Shown: one piece after another, positions 29,395-37,712 of the stretch
Position numbering within the stretch: the stretch's first letter is position 1
Layout of the letters: each line of letters starts with the position of its first letter
Translations under genes and position numbers: made by a program
From: Chloroflexota bacterium
GTDB taxonomy: Bacteria > Chloroflexota > Limnocylindria > Limnocylindrales > CSP1-4
Direction: 5' to 3'
NCBI GenBank assembly: GCA_021785175.1
Contig: JAJYGH010000026.1
Coordinates: 67-64,066, forward strand
DNA length: 64,000 nucleotides
The notes under the pieces: model-generated
What the model saw: the letters and a program-made list of their open reading frames with translations, nothing else
What the model was told of the DNA's origin: nothing
The model's database searches: none

Positions 29395-30381
29395 GTGACT
29401 GACGAACAGCGCCGGTCGGCCGCGCGCGAGAGCGCGCGAGAACCGAAGCGCCAGGGTGGCTCGCTTCGCGCGGCGGGGCGGTTGGTCGCGGAGACCGCGA
29501 CGACGGGCGCCTCGGACGTGGCAGGCACGCTGGCGGACGCCGGGGAGGCGATCGCCGGCGCCGGGGAGGCGATCGCCAGCGCCGGCGCGCCCATCGTGGC
29601 GCGCGTGGCGCCGCTCGTCACGAAGGTGGAGCCGATCGTGAAGAAGGGGCAGCCGCTCCGGGCCGCGGCGCGCCGCTGGCGCACGCGGCGCAGGCTGCGC
29701 CGGCATCATCTCCTCGTCCCGCCGGCCCAGCCGCTCCCGAATCTGTTCGAGCTGCACCCTGACGCTCGACGCGCACCGATGCGGGAGCTCGGCCTTCGCG
29801 AGATCCCGGTCGCGGAGATCGTGGGCACGGCGGTGGAGGGCCCCGCGCAGCGAGGATCCGACTTCCTGCCGCTGCCCCGGCTGCGGACGAGGAACTGGCA
29901 GGCACGCTGGCAGCGGATCCTGGCGGCGAGCCGGGAGATGCGGACCCTTCCGCCCATCGACGTCCTGCGGGCCGCCGGCGCGTACTGGGTCATGGACGGA
30001 CACAACCGGGTTGCGGCCGCCCGCGCTCTCGGCCAGATCGCGATCGACGCGGCGGTCACGGCCCTCCGGCTTCCCGGCGACGGCTCGGGGCAGCCGGAGC
30101 AGGACGGGCTCGCGGCCATGCTGGTCGACGGGGCGTCGCTCCGGGCGGCGGGTGCGGGTCGTCTGACCGCCGGTGCGACGCTGCCGGAATCGGTGCCATC
30201 GACGCCGATGGGTGGAGCTCCGCGTTCCGCGACCGCGGGGCCCTCCGAACCCGCGCCGCGGCGCTCCTCGTCCCCCGCGCCGCCGGGCGAGACGCCGATC
30301 CGATCGTCCGACGTCCCCGCCCCACCGGCCGGCGCCCCTGATCCACCGCCCGACGCCCCTGATCGGGCCGGACCGAGGTGA
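29395..30381 (+). CDS. ParB/Srx-like nuclease-domain protein with repeat-containing N-terminal region and Pro-rich C-terminus
   Basis: ORF 29308..30381. ParBc-like core IPVAEIVGT...PIDVLRAAGAYWVMDGHNRVAAARALG. Third-position GC rises sharply only after GTG 29395, so the start is placed there. Low-complexity tail (PAPPGETPIRSSDVPAPPAGAPDPPPDAPD). Confidence 0.5.
   Translation: MTDEQRRSAARESAREPKRQGGSLRAAGRLVAETATTGASDVAGTLADAGEAIAGAGEAIASAGAPIVARVAPLVTKVEPIVKKGQPLRAAARRWRTRRRLRRHHLLVPPAQPLPNLFELHPDARRAPMRELGLREIPVAEIVGTAVEGPAQRGSDFLPLPRLRTRNWQARWQRILAASREMRTLPPIDVLRAAGAYWVMDGHNRVAAARALGQIAIDAAVTALRLPGDGSGQPEQDGLAAMLVDGASLRAAGAGRLTAGATLPESVPSTPMGGAPRSATAGPSEPAPRRSSSPAPPGETPIRSSDVPAPPAGAPDPPPDAPDRAGPR
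29539..29580. repeat. 2 x 21-nt tandem duplication (gccggggaggcgatcgccggc / ...agc) encoding AGEAIAG AGEAIAS within the ParB-like gene
   Basis: Direct reading. Confidence 0.8.
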
Positions 30382-31043
30382 CGCGCCGCCTCAGGATCTC
30401 GTGGCCTGACGACCATCCCTTCGAACGGCGCCCCGCTCCGATCCGGATCCTGGCCGCCTCGGACGAGGCCGACCGATCGCTCGATGACGAGCGCAACCGT
30501 GCGTCGCTCGGGCGTGTCGACCTCGTGGTCGGGTGCGGCGATCTCTCGCCCGAACAGATCGGCTTTCTCGGCGACGCGCTCGGCGCGCCCGTCATCTTCG
30601 TGAAGGGCAATCACGATCGCGGCGGAGCCTGGCGCAACCCGGCCCACGTCCCGACCCCGGCACGCGGGATCGACGCGCGATCGCTCGCCCCGATCCCGCT
30701 GCTCGCGCTGCCGTGGCCGGGGCGCGAGGCCGACGCCGCGCGGCGATCCGAGTCACAGGGGTGGGCCCAGGTGCTGCTTGCGGCGGGACCCTGGCTCCTG
30801 CGTCGCCCGGGCCCCTCGATCGTCGTCAGCCACGCGCCGCCGCTCGGCGCGAACGACAACCCGGCGGATCCCTACCACCGCGGGTTCGCCGCGTACCGCT
30901 TCCTGCTCGACCGGGTGCGCCCGCAGCTCTGGCTGCACGGGCACGCGGCCCTTGCGGAGGCGTCGTCCTGGCACTGCCGCGAAGGCGCGACGACGCTCGT
31001 CAACGTGACCGGGTCCGTCCTCGTCGAGATCGAGCCGCGATGA
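30378..31043 (+). CDS. calcineurin-like metallophosphoesterase
   Basis: 221 aa. Motifs VVGCGDLS and FVKGNHD, plus a C-terminal GHAA histidine. GTG 30378 overlaps the ParB-like stop as GTGA. Confidence 0.7.
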   Translation: MTRRLRISWPDDHPFERRPAPIRILAASDEADRSLDDERNRASLGRVDLVVGCGDLSPEQIGFLGDALGAPVIFVKGNHDRGGAWRNPAHVPTPARGIDARSLAPIPLLALPWPGREADAARRSESQGWAQVLLAAGPWLLRRPGPSIVVSHAPPLGANDNPADPYHRGFAAYRFLLDRVRPQLWLHGHAALAEASSWHCREGATTLVNVTGSVLVEIEPR

Positions 31044-32332
31044 TCTCCGAGCCCGTCTCGAGCCGCCGCGCGCGCCGCCAGGGGCTTCTCGGCAACCGGA
31101 ACGTCACGCTCATCATCGTCGCGAGGCTCTTCATGAGCGCGTCGCGGTCGCTCGCCGGCGTCATCACGCCCGTCTACCTCGCGCTCATCGGGTTCAGCGC
31201 GCTCCAGCTCGGCGAGATGGCCGTCGCGGTCGGCATCGTGAGCGCCGTGCTGTCGACAGCGATCGGGCTCACGTCCGACCGCACGGGCCGGAAGCCGTAC
31301 CTGGTCGTCGTGCCGCTGTTCGCCGTGCTCGCCGGCCTCGTGTTCGCCGTCTCGCGGTCGCCGCTCGTGCTCGTCGCCGCCGCCTCGATCGGCAGCTTCG
31401 GGCGCGGGATGGGGGCGGGCGCCGGAGCCGTCGGCCCGTACCAGCCCGCCGAGCAGGCGCTGGTCACGGAGACCACGCCGGCCGCGCGCCGGAACGTCGC
31501 CTTCGGGCGGCTCGCGTTCGCGTCCAGCATGGGCGCGCTCGTCGGTGGGCCGGTGGCGGCGCTGGCGGGGAGCGGGCGGGCCGGAGGCGCTGCGGCGACG
31601 GCCGCCTTCCGCGCTCCCTTCGTCGTGGCGGCGGCGTTCGCGCTGATCGCGGGGCTGCTCGCCCTCGGCCTCGTGGAGTCGCCACGACCCCCCATCCCCG
31701 CAGGCTCCGGTCCGCACCCCCGCCTTCCTCACCGGTCGATGCCGCTGCTGCTCCGGCTCTGGGCCACGAACAGCGTCAACGGGCTCGCCGTCGGCATGTT
31801 CGGCCCGTTCGTGACGTACTGGTTCTTCCGCCGGTACGGCGTCGGTCCCGGGCAGATCGGCGTGCTGTTCGCCGTGATCAACGGAGCGACCGCGCTCTCG
31901 ACCCTGTCCGCCGCGGGCTTCGCGCGCCGCTGGGGCCTCGTCCGTACCGTGACCGTGGTGCGGATCGTCCAGGCGATCCTCATCGTGCCGATGGTGATGG
32001 CGCCGTCGTTCGTGATGGCCGGCGCGATCTACCTCGTCCGGATGGTCGTGCAGCGCATCGGGATGCCGCTTCGGCAGTCCTACGTCCTCGCGATGGCCGA
32101 TCCGGGGGAGCGGGCCGCCGTCGGAGCCCTGTCGAACCTGCCGAGCCAGGCCACGATGGCCGTCGCGCCGATCGCGGCCGGCTACGTGTTCGACGAGGTC
32201 AGCCTGTCGCTGCCGTTCCTGATCGCGGGAACGCTCCAGTTCGTGAACGCGGTCATGTACTGGGGGTTCTTCCGCAACATGCCCCCGGAGGAGGAGATCG
32301 CAGCGCGGGCGACGCCGCGGCCCGAGACGTAG
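31040..32332 (+). CDS. MFS transporter
   Basis: C-terminal 430 aa of ORF 30533..32332 (MISEPVSS...). About 12 TM segments. Motif TSDRTGRKPYL. ATG 31040 overlaps the phosphoesterase stop as ATGA. Confidence 0.8.
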   Translation: MISEPVSSRRARRQGLLGNRNVTLIIVARLFMSASRSLAGVITPVYLALIGFSALQLGEMAVAVGIVSAVLSTAIGLTSDRTGRKPYLVVVPLFAVLAGLVFAVSRSPLVLVAAASIGSFGRGMGAGAGAVGPYQPAEQALVTETTPAARRNVAFGRLAFASSMGALVGGPVAALAGSGRAGGAAATAAFRAPFVVAAAFALIAGLLALGLVESPRPPIPAGSGPHPRLPHRSMPLLLRLWATNSVNGLAVGMFGPFVTYWFFRRYGVGPGQIGVLFAVINGATALSTLSAAGFARRWGLVRTVTVVRIVQAILIVPMVMAPSFVMAGAIYLVRMVVQRIGMPLRQSYVLAMADPGERAAVGALSNLPSQATMAVAPIAAGYVFDEVSLSLPFLIAGTLQFVNAVMYWGFFRNMPPEEEIAARATPRPET

Positions 32333-32350
32333 CTGCGGTGCGGCCGACCG

Positions 32351-32749
32351 TCAGACGGCCATGCCCTGGTCGGCCAGGGCCATCCCGACGGCAGCCAGCA
32401 GCGCTTCCGGGTCGGGCCGTCCGACCAGCGGCCTGACGCGCTCCGGGCCCTCCGTCTCGATCCAGCTCAGGCTCGCGTCGACGTCCGTCAGCACGAGCGG
32501 CAGGTCGGCGTACAGGTCGCGGACGTGAGCCACGAGCTGGCGGCCCGCCTCGCTGCCGCCCGCCGCCCATGCCTCGTAGACGAGCACGTCGGCCCCGTCG
32601 GCGAGCGGGCATGGCAGGTCGTGGACGACCGGGCACGGATAGTTCGTCGGCCCGCCGCAGACCTCGACCTGGTATCCCGCGCCGCGCAGGATCGCGGCCT
32701 GCTCCGCGGCGACGTCCGGCTGGCGGTGGACGACGACGACGCGGGTCAT
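32351..32749 (-). CDS. hypothetical protein (flavodoxin/receiver-like alpha-beta pattern)
   Basis: ORF 32351..33010. Start placed at ATG 32749, which is preceded by a perfect AAGGAGG ribosome-binding site (rc of 32755..32761). The upstream ORF extension is low complexity. Confidence 0.45.
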   Translation of the reverse strand: MTRVVVVHRQPDVAAEQAAILRGAGYQVEVCGGPTNYPCPVVHDLPCPLADGADVLVYEAWAAGGSEAGRQLVAHVRDLYADLPLVLTDVDASLSWIETEGPERVRPLVGRPDPEALLAAVGMALADQGMAV

Positions 32750-32771
32750 GCGAACCTCCTTCGGCAACGCC

Positions 32772-32794
32772 GCCGCCGCTCCGGATGCGGCGGC
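32772..32794 (-). terminator. GC-rich hairpin GCCGCCGC-tccggat-GCGGCGGC downstream of the zinc-ribbon gene and upstream of the AAGGAGG of the next gene
   Basis: 8-bp perfect stem with a 7-nt loop and no U-tract (I-shaped, as is common in high-GC genomes). Confidence 0.3.
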
Positions 32795-33140
32795 ACGTGC
32801 CGCGCTGGGACGTCTGGCGTGCGGTCGAGCCGTACGCTGCCCGCACTCTGCCCCGCCCGGCCCCTCCCGGACAGCGGCAATGGTCCCACACGGGGGAGGC
32901 CACGTGGGCCGTGCCCCCGCTCCGCCGGGTGGCAGCCGCCGGCTCTGCCCGCAACCGTCCCGCTCATTCGCACGACAACCCGATGTGACAGCACCGTGAT
33001 TGCCGCTCAATCGTCACCTGCTCGCGGCCGGGTGCAACGGATGTGTCAGCGACCCGCCGGATGGCTGGCAGGTGGCAACCCGTTTCGTTCGGAGGACGTC
33101 GACCGAAGGGGGAGCCAGGAACGGCAGCGAGCGAGCGCCG

Positions 33141-33698
33141 TCAGTGCCCGTGGGCCGGCGGCACGCGGTGGTAGCGATCCATCAGCCGGACGAGCGCGGC
33201 GCGCGCCTCCGCCCACTCCGCCTGGTCGCCGACCAGCACGGCGTCGGGGCCCCAGCGCGCGACCTGGCCCATCGCCATCAGGAGCGCATTGTGCAGGACT
33301 CGGCGCGAGTGCCCGCCGTCGACCACACCGAGCACGAGGTAGCGCCGCACGAGATCGAATGGCGCCGTCCACCGCTCGACCCGCACGGTGTCGCCTTCGC
33401 GCAGGCTCTCGAGGTACTCGTCGTCACCGACCGGCACCTGTGCGTGCTCGGCCATGTGCCGCACGAGGTCCACCCGCCCGAGCCGAGGGTTGACCAGCGA
33501 GTCGAACCGCCCGTCGGCGCCGGCGTCGCGGTAGCAGACCGGGCACGTGGGCGCCATGTACGGTCGCGGAGCGGCGCCGTAGGGCAACCCGCAGCGGCGG
33601 CAGAACGTCGCGCCCGCGATCGTCGCCTGGACGCCGCACTGCAGGCAGACCGGCAGCGAGGCCGGCGCGGGCGCCTGGCCGCGGCGGAGGAGGCCCAT
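33141..33698 (-). CDS. hypothetical zinc-ribbon protein (CxxC-x17-CxxC plus CPVC)
   Basis: ORF 33141..33986. Start at ATG 33698 (MGLLRRGQ...). Cys pairs CLQCGV...CRRCGL and CPVCY. Confidence 0.4.
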   Translation of the reverse strand: MGLLRRGQAPAPASLPVCLQCGVQATIAGATFCRRCGLPYGAAPRPYMAPTCPVCYRDAGADGRFDSLVNPRLGRVDLVRHMAEHAQVPVGDDEYLESLREGDTVRVERWTAPFDLVRRYLVLGVVDGGHSRRVLHNALLMAMGQVARWGPDAVLVGDQAEWAEARAALVRLMDRYHRVPPAHGH

Positions 33699-33925
33699 CA
33701 CGGCAGGCCCGCGAGACGGTCGAGCGCGAGCGCGACCCCGACCATCTCGGTGTACACATCGTCGAGCGTCCCCGACCGGACCACGGCCCGCAGCCGCGCG
33801 CGGAGCTGCCGCGCTTCGCCCGCCTGGTCGCCCCGCTCGAGCGCGGTCAGGCGCGCCAGGAGCTCGCCGCAGGTGGGAAGGCTGTCGGTACTGCCAAGCT
33901 GTTCGAGGGGCGCGCGCTCCTGCAT
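33698..33925 (-). CDS. hypothetical small helical protein (75 aa)
   Basis: ORF 33698..33925. Its stop overlaps the downstream start as a 4-nt overlap. Balanced composition. Confidence 0.3.
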   Translation of the reverse strand: MQERAPLEQLGSTDSLPTCGELLARLTALERGDQAGEARQLRARLRAVVRSGTLDDVYTEMVGVALALDRLAGLP

Positions 33926-34451
33926 CGACGGGATTTCCTCCGGGCTCAGGGACCCCCGCAGTACGATCGCACGGCACCAGCGTCAAGTCACCCGACCCCA
34001 GCGGCCCATGCCCGCTGGCCGGTCGTACTACATGCGTCTATCGGTCGCCCGGCCTCAGCCCTTCAGATGTGCCAGCGACGGATCCCCTGCCACATCGCCG
34101 CCCGCGCCTGCGCCGACCGGTCGGCGTCGATCGTGCGTTCGGCGTGCCATGAGCGGAGCGGGCCCGGGAGCGGAGGGAGGCGCTGGCCGCAGGCGGGGCA
34201 CGTCGAGCCCCAGTCGCCGCGATCGGAGTTGCAGAACGGGTCCGCTGCGGCCCGGCGAACCCCTGCTCGTGCGTTGTCCATGCATCCCAGATTGTGCGCC
34301 AGAGCGGCCGGACGCGTGATCCGCGACCGAACACGCGGACGCGAGCCGCACGCCGGGAGCTGCAAGCAGCGTGGCACGGGCACCGGTTCCGGCGCCGTCC
34401 ATCGCACCGTGAGCCGAGGACTCCCTTTCGCCCCGATTAGGATGGTCCGGG

Positions 34452-36020
34452 ATGCGCAGGATGAATCGCCGTCAGATCGGCGTCCTGGTCGCGGTGGCGG
34501 TCCCGTCGCTTGCCGTCGCGACCCTTGCCGTCGCCGTGCTCGAGGCGCACGTCCACATCCACAACGCCTCGATCGTGTACCTCACGGCGGTCGTCGCGAC
34601 AGCCATCGCCGGCGGGACGCCCGGCGCTGTCGTGGCCGCGGTCGCAGCGTTCCTCCTGTACGACTTCTTCTTCGTCCAGCCGCTGCTCACGCTCACCGTC
34701 CGCGAACCGTCCGAGTGGCTCGGCCTCGTGCTGCTCCTGTTCGTCGGGATCGTCGTCGGGCAGCTGACGGCGCTCCAGCGTGCCCGCGCGGACGAGGCAC
34801 GGGCGAGGGAGCGCGAGGCACGCGCGCTGTACGAGATCACGCGGGAGCTCGCGAACCGTGCCTCCACGCCGGCCGTGCTCACGACGATCGCCGGCGTGCT
34901 CCGCAACGAGACGAGGATGCGGCGCGTCTGGATCTCGCTCGGCGCCGACGACGCGACCGAGCGGGTCGCCGCGGACACCGCCCCCGACGAACGTGCCCCG
35001 GCGGCCGCCACGCAGCGGATCCTCAGGGAGCCGTCGGAAGACGGGCGTGACGAATGGGTGCGCGTGCACGTCCCCACGCTGCCCCGCCGGACCGCCCGAG
35101 CCGAGACGACCGGAGGTGAGACCTACCGGGTGCGGATCCGGGCAGGGACGGCGCAGCTCGGCTCGATCTGGGCGCTCCGCGAGCGGGGACCGGATGACCC
35201 CGACGCGAGCCAGATCCGGCTGCTGCGCGCTGCCGCCGACCAGATCGGGCAGGCCCTCGCGCACGACCGGCTCGTGACCGAGTCCCAGGCCGCCGAGATC
35301 GCGCGGCAGAGCGACGCGCTGAAGTCCGCGCTGCTGCAATCCGTCTCGCACGACCTGCGGACGCCGCTCGCGACGATCCGCGCCGCGGCGGGCACGCTTC
35401 GCCCGGACAGCGGCCTCTCGGCGGACGACCGCCGGGAGAGCGCCGAGGCCATCGACCGCGAGGTCGAGTACCTGAACCGGCTCGTCACGAACCTGCTCGA
35501 CCTGAGCCGCATCGAGGCGGGCGCGCTCCGGGCGGAGCGGGAGGCGTTCGAGCTCGAGGATCTCGTCGGTCGGACGATCGATCGGCTCCGCCCGCGGCTC
35601 GACCAGCATCCGCTCGAGGTCGCGCTCGGCGCACCGCCCGTCCTCGTCGATCCGCTCTTCCTCGACGATGCCCTGACGAACGTCATCGACAACGCCCTCA
35701 AGTACGCGCCGGCGGATGCCCCGCTGCGGATCTCGGCGCGAGAGCTGGACTCGCGACGTGTCCGGCTGACGGTGGAGGACGGGGGCCCCGGCGCGCCCCC
35801 CGAGGCGCTCGACAGGCTGTTCGAGAAGTTCTACCGGGCCGCGGGCACGCGCAGATCGAGGCCTGGCACGGGCATCGGCCTCGCCGTGGTCCGCGGACTC
35901 GTGGACGCGATGGGTGGGCAGGTGCGGGCCCGGCCGAGCGCCCTGGGCGGCCTCGCGATCGATATCGACCTCCCGGTGGCGGCGGCGCCCGCCGGGCCGA
36001 CGGCGGGGCACCGGGCGTGA
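34452..36020 (+). CDS. kdpD: KdpD-type sensor histidine kinase lacking the N-terminal KdpD/USP sensor domains (4-TM DUF4118 + GAF + HisKA + HATPase)
   Basis: 522 aa. TM block (IVYLTAVVATAIAGG...LLYDFFFVQPLLTLTV...) is typical of the KdpD membrane domain. H-box SVSHDLRTPLATI, N-box NVIDNALKYAP, G-boxes DGGPGAPP and GTGIGLAVVRGLV. Confidence 0.85.
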   Translation: MRRMNRRQIGVLVAVAVPSLAVATLAVAVLEAHVHIHNASIVYLTAVVATAIAGGTPGAVVAAVAAFLLYDFFFVQPLLTLTVREPSEWLGLVLLLFVGIVVGQLTALQRARADEARAREREARALYEITRELANRASTPAVLTTIAGVLRNETRMRRVWISLGADDATERVAADTAPDERAPAAATQRILREPSEDGRDEWVRVHVPTLPRRTARAETTGGETYRVRIRAGTAQLGSIWALRERGPDDPDASQIRLLRAAADQIGQALAHDRLVTESQAAEIARQSDALKSALLQSVSHDLRTPLATIRAAAGTLRPDSGLSADDRRESAEAIDREVEYLNRLVTNLLDLSRIEAGALRAEREAFELEDLVGRTIDRLRPRLDQHPLEVALGAPPVLVDPLFLDDALTNVIDNALKYAPADAPLRISARELDSRRVRLTVEDGGPGAPPEALDRLFEKFYRAAGTRRSRPGTGIGLAVVRGLVDAMGGQVRARPSALGGLAIDIDLPVAAAPAGPTAGHRA

Positions 36021-36742
36021 CCACCGCGCAGGGGCACGGCGCCGGCGCGACCGTCCTTGTCGTCGAGGACGACGACGAGACCCGAGCGGTGCTCGCGCGG
36101 GAGCTCTCCACGCGCGGGTACCGCGTCGAGGAGGCCGCCGACGGCGCGACGGCGATCCGGCGGTGGGAGGCGCGGCGCCCCGACGTCGTGCTGCTGGACC
36201 TCGGGCTCCCCGATGTCGACGGGCTGCAGGTGATCCGCAGGATCCGGCGGGAGGCCACGACGCCGATCGTGATCCTCTCCGGCCGATACGAGGAGCGCGA
36301 GAAGGTCGAGGCCCTCGAGCGCGGCGCCGACGACTACGTCACGAAGCCATTCGGGGTGGAGGAGCTGCACGCGCGGCTGCGCGTCGCGATGCGGCACGGC
36401 GCCGGGCCGGCGGCCGACCAGCAGGGCCGGCTCGGGTGGGGATCTCTCGTGCTCGAGACGGAGCGCCACGAGGTGCGAGTGGCAGGCGCCCGCGTCGATC
36501 TGTCGCCCATCGAGTTCGAGATCCTGCGGGTCCTGCTCGGGAACACCGGCAGGCTCGTGACCAAGGCGCGGCTGCTGCGGTCCGTGTGGGGCGAGGCGTA
36601 CCAGGGCGAGGACAGCTACGTCTACGTCCACGTCAGCCAGCTCAGGCGCAAGCTCGCCGCGGCGGATCCGGGCGGCGAACTGCGCGGCCTCATCGTGACG
36701 GAGCCCGGGATCGGGTACCGCATCGGCGACCGGCGCCCGTAG
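36017..36742 (+). CDS. kdpE: OmpR-family response regulator KdpE
   Basis: 241 aa. Receiver (VLVVEDDDETR...VVLLDLGLPDVDG...KPF) plus a winged-helix domain (GYRIGDRRP). GTG 36017 overlaps the kinase stop as GTGA. Confidence 0.9.
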   Translation: MTTAQGHGAGATVLVVEDDDETRAVLARELSTRGYRVEEAADGATAIRRWEARRPDVVLLDLGLPDVDGLQVIRRIRREATTPIVILSGRYEEREKVEALERGADDYVTKPFGVEELHARLRVAMRHGAGPAADQQGRLGWGSLVLETERHEVRVAGARVDLSPIEFEILRVLLGNTGRLVTKARLLRSVWGEAYQGEDSYVYVHVSQLRRKLAAADPGGELRGLIVTEPGIGYRIGDRRP

Positions 36743-36899
36743 GCTGTTTCGGCCACGGTCCGGGACGGACGGGCCGAACGGCTGTCGGCGGACGTCACGG
36801 GCGCAGGCACCGTCCGAACGTGCGGCTTTAGACCTCCTTGAGAGGCTCGGTCCGTCCGCCGGGCCGTTTCCTCTTGGCGCCGCCTCCTATCGTGGCGAC

Positions 36900-37157
36900 A
36901 TGGCTCTCCCAGACGCGGCACGGGACGATGACGCGGTCGAGGCGCTCGAGCGCGAGTATGCCCTCGTCGGCAGCGCGATCGCCATGGTGCGGTCCGGCGC
37001 CTCCCCGCGCGTGCACGTGTCGGGGCTCCGGTTCGGGCTGCAGATGATCGACTCCGCGAGAAGCCGCGCCGGCCGCGAAGGGCTGCGTGCCGTGCCGCTC
37101 TGGACGGCAGACGGCGCGCTGGACGGCATCGCGATCGAGCGACCGGCTCGTGGCTGA
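36900..37157 (+). CDS. hypothetical small protein (85 aa)
   Basis: ORF 36900..37157 has balanced composition, but it is in a different frame from the receiver ORF that follows. It could instead be a frame-shifted N-terminal part of that gene. Confidence 0.3.
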   Translation: MALPDAARDDDAVEALEREYALVGSAIAMVRSGASPRVHVSGLRFGLQMIDSARSRAGREGLRAVPLWTADGALDGIAIERPARG

Positions 37158-37539
37158 TCGGGGTGTCGTGCTCCTCGTCGAGGATGACGACGACCTGCGC
37201 CGGATCCTGGCACGGCAGCTCCGGGCACGCGGGTACGCCGTCTCGGAGGCCGGCTCGGCCGAGGAGGCCGAGCAGCGGCTCCATGACGAGCCGGCTCCGG
37301 GCCTGGTCATCCTCGACATCAACCTGCCCGGTGACACGGGCTGGGACCTGCTGCGCAGCGACGCGCTCGCGGCGGCCGCCTCGCCGCCCGTGGTGATCGA
37401 GAGCGCCCTGCCCGTCCGCCCCGGCCGGCTGGTCGAGTTCGGGGTCGCCGGGTACCTGCCCAAGCCGTTTCCGCTCGATACACTCATGGATACGGTCGAG
37501 CGCCTGCTCCACAGGAACGAAGCACCCGGGAACGCATGA
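37150..37539 (+). CDS. orphan single-domain CheY-like receiver protein
   Basis: ORF 37087..37539. VVLLVEDDDDLRRILARQL...GLVILDINLPGDTGWDLLR...GYLPKPF. The conserved Asp and Lys positions are present. The stop overlaps the ATG of a downstream 29-aa peptide as ATGA. Confidence 0.55.
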   Translation: MADRGVVLLVEDDDDLRRILARQLRARGYAVSEAGSAEEAEQRLHDEPAPGLVILDINLPGDTGWDLLRSDALAAAASPPVVIESALPVRPGRLVEFGVAGYLPKPFPLDTLMDTVERLLHRNEAPGNA

Positions 37540-37625
37540 CCGACCTGCAGATCCTCTTCATCGGCATCGCCTGCGCCGTCGCATTGGGACTGTACCTGCT
37601 GCTCGTGGAACGGCTTCACCCATGA
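37536..37625 (+). CDS. KdpF-like hydrophobic peptide (29 aa), tandem paralog upstream of kdpF
   Basis: MTDLQILFIGIACAVALGLYLLLVERLHP. Single TM, same length and pattern as KdpF. It is ATGA-coupled on both sides, to the receiver stop and to the kdpF start. Confidence 0.4.
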   Translation: MTDLQILFIGIACAVALGLYLLLVERLHP

Positions 37626-37711
37626 ACCCCATCGACGTCATCGCCGGGATCCTCGTGATCTTCCTGTTCGCGTACCTGATGTGGGCCCTGCTGCGCCCGG
37701 AGGACTTCTGA
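37622..37711 (+). CDS. kdpF: K+-transporting ATPase subunit F
   Basis: MNPIDVIAGILVIFLFAYLMWALLRPEDF (29 aa). It sits 2 nt upstream of the kdpA ATG, the canonical position. Confidence 0.6.
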   Translation: MNPIDVIAGILVIFLFAYLMWALLRPEDF

Positions 37712-37712
37712 G

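Noticed and set aside
33000-34319. 439-aa plus-strand ORF across the small-gene cluster
   Set aside because: Antisense to small ORFs that have ribosome-binding-site and coupling support. Composition is junk-like.
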